NCBI RefSeq assembly: GCF_000150275.1
Contig: NW_002060963.1
Coordinates: forward strand, 230,627-294,626
Length of the DNA: 64,000 bases
DNA from: Trichoplax adhaerens
Taxonomy: Eukaryota; Animalia; Placozoa
Reading direction: 5' to 3'
In this document: positions 62,501 to 64,000 of the stretch, one piece after another
Layout of the letters: every line of letters starts with the position of its first letter
Numbering within the stretch: position 1 is the stretch's first letter
Program-made: the position numbers and the translations under genes
Notes under the pieces: generated by a model
Seen by the model: the letters and a program-made list of their open reading frames with translations, nothing else
The model's database searches: none
Told to the model about the DNA's origin: nothing

Positions 62501-63891
62501 TTAGGAAAATTGTAAAAAAACAAGATAAGGCAGATTTATAGTTAATATCATCTATAAGCGTAAATCAGCGTATGCAATCGTGAGGTATGAACGGATGAGT
62601 ACAGAATGAAAGTAGCATGTAAGGGAAGGATGAACGTAAAATTATACCAGTCTTAAAGAACTGCGCAGAAGAAGTACAAAACTCTGTACTACAAAAATAC
62701 TATTCAATTAATAACAAACATCCGTCTAATAGTAACAAATGAAGCATGTTTATCCATGAGTTACACGCGTAAAATTACATTTTAGGCGAACACAAAACGC
62801 GTGCAATTGTGTAACAACAAGCATGATAACTATATTATTTAAGCGTGATAGCACATATATGTAATAGGTGCTTAACAAATACTAATAACTCTGAATATGT
62901 AATAGTTATCTGCCGCACTAACATATGTAATACCTACCCAACTAAAAGATGTTAATATTATCGATCGCTAGATTTTTGATAATTATACCTGTATATAAAT
63001 AGGTTACAGTATTAGAATAATTCTTTATGTTTAAACTTACTCACTTAAATCCGAGCTCTAGCTTTCTAGATTTGCTCATGCTAGCTACAATTATAACTAT
63101 TATGCGATTTGCTATTAAAAATTTATATTTAAAATTTCTGTTAATGACTAGAACGAGCTCTCATATAACAGATAGCATACGTTAATTAATCAACGTTTAG
63201 TTAAGATTTCAAGCTAGTTTGGTACTATTGTAGAAAACGCTCAATTTCTAGAACCGACATTGATAATAGGATGATCTAAAATGCTTATTTCTGTTACTTT
63301 GTATTTAGGGATTTGGCCTTAAACAAGATTAGTTTTGTTGATGAAAACGCTTTTGGGAGTCTAGCAGTGCTGCAGAACTTGTAATAATACTATTACATAG
63401 AAATACACTAATATACGATGAAACCCATCATTGAGTAGATACTGACAACATTGTCAATTTGTGATTATTTACTCATAAGAGATTTATCTAGAAACCGACT
63501 GACAAGGATTACTGCTTCTTTATTTGCAAATATTCCTTACTTAACTTCTCTGTAGGTGAAAATTAAATACATTAGATACTCTTTGAATTCTTACCTGAAA
63601 TTTCATTATCACAACTATAGTTAAAGCGTTGAATATCTAATAAATTGTAATTTATCATTAAAATTTCGAAACTCACAATAATTTTAAAATGTACATAAGA
63701 CATAATTATAGAATTCTTTTTTGGTCATATCTATTTTAAAAATTATTAGATTTTAATTATTGTTCGTTTGGTATCGCAGCTTTTCAGCAAGTCTAATTAT
63801 TTTTCAATTCTTATGATAGAAATTTGACTTTAAACAGAATAGAATCAGTTCCTGACTTTGTCTTTGTAAATTTACAAGATCTAGAGACCCT
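56518..63891 (+). CDS. LDLa + LRR receptor ectodomain (type C LGR / RXFP / GRL101-like), 5' part, continues beyond the right edge; lesions suggest a pseudogene
   Basis: Putative signal exon at 56518-56588 (MVKIILEYIPCI / ILCCTLNRLA, needs a 1-nt frameshift). LDLa exon at 56823-56927: VLEGLQCGSSSQQIPSGKFCDCKTDCHNGQDERDC. Cys-containing exon from 57662 with an in-frame TGA. Twelve phase-2 LRR exons at ~58651, 58898, 59391 (HIRSNLIQSLPEKFFYDMKQVRYM), 60187, 60559, 60769, 60960, 61129, 62121 (NLSGNKITTIETNTFIDVKALKEM), 63309, 63480 (DLSRNRLTRITASLFANIPYLTSL) and 63820-63891. Confidence 0.8.
58515..58564. other. Assembly gap (50 N)
   Basis: Run of n. Confidence 0.99.
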
Positions 63892-64000
63892 GTAAGGAAA
63901 TAATAAGCATATTTAATTAATATGAAATGAAAAATTATTTATTAACCGTTCAACTATCTGAATATGAGTTTTTAAGAAAGTCTACAGTCTTTATAACATT

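Overview
Eukaryotic, AT-rich, intron-dense genomic DNA with short GT-AG introns and three 50-N scaffold gaps. It is most consistent with an early-branching animal such as the placozoan Trichoplax; that assignment is inference from composition, intron size and gene style. The left half (1-34.6 kb) holds five conserved spliced genes reconstructed by hand: RBM25 (-, runs off the left edge), a BAR-PH-ArfGAP ACAP-like gene (-), ZFYVE1/DFCP1 (+), DCAF4 (-) and RTF1 (+). RBM25, ZFYVE1 and DCAF4 have the same order and relative orientation I recall for human 14q24.2, with the ACAP-like gene inserted between the first two. The right half (37-64 kb) is a + strand receptor cluster that the ORF track almost entirely misses. 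It contains (i) a decayed LGR/GRL101-type 7TM gene followed by exons encoding a protein-kinase-like (pseudokinase) domain, an apparent GPCR-kinase fusion; (ii) a gene segment with about 23 one-LRR-per-exon cassettes; and (iii) a signal-peptide/LDLa/LRR (type C LGR-like) gene running off the right edge. Tandem repeats (139, 89 and 162 bp units), a dispersed ~520 bp intronic repeat, an intronic hairpin and TACAGTA/TACTGTA clusters upstream of the housekeeping genes were also seen. All exon boundaries are manual predictions.
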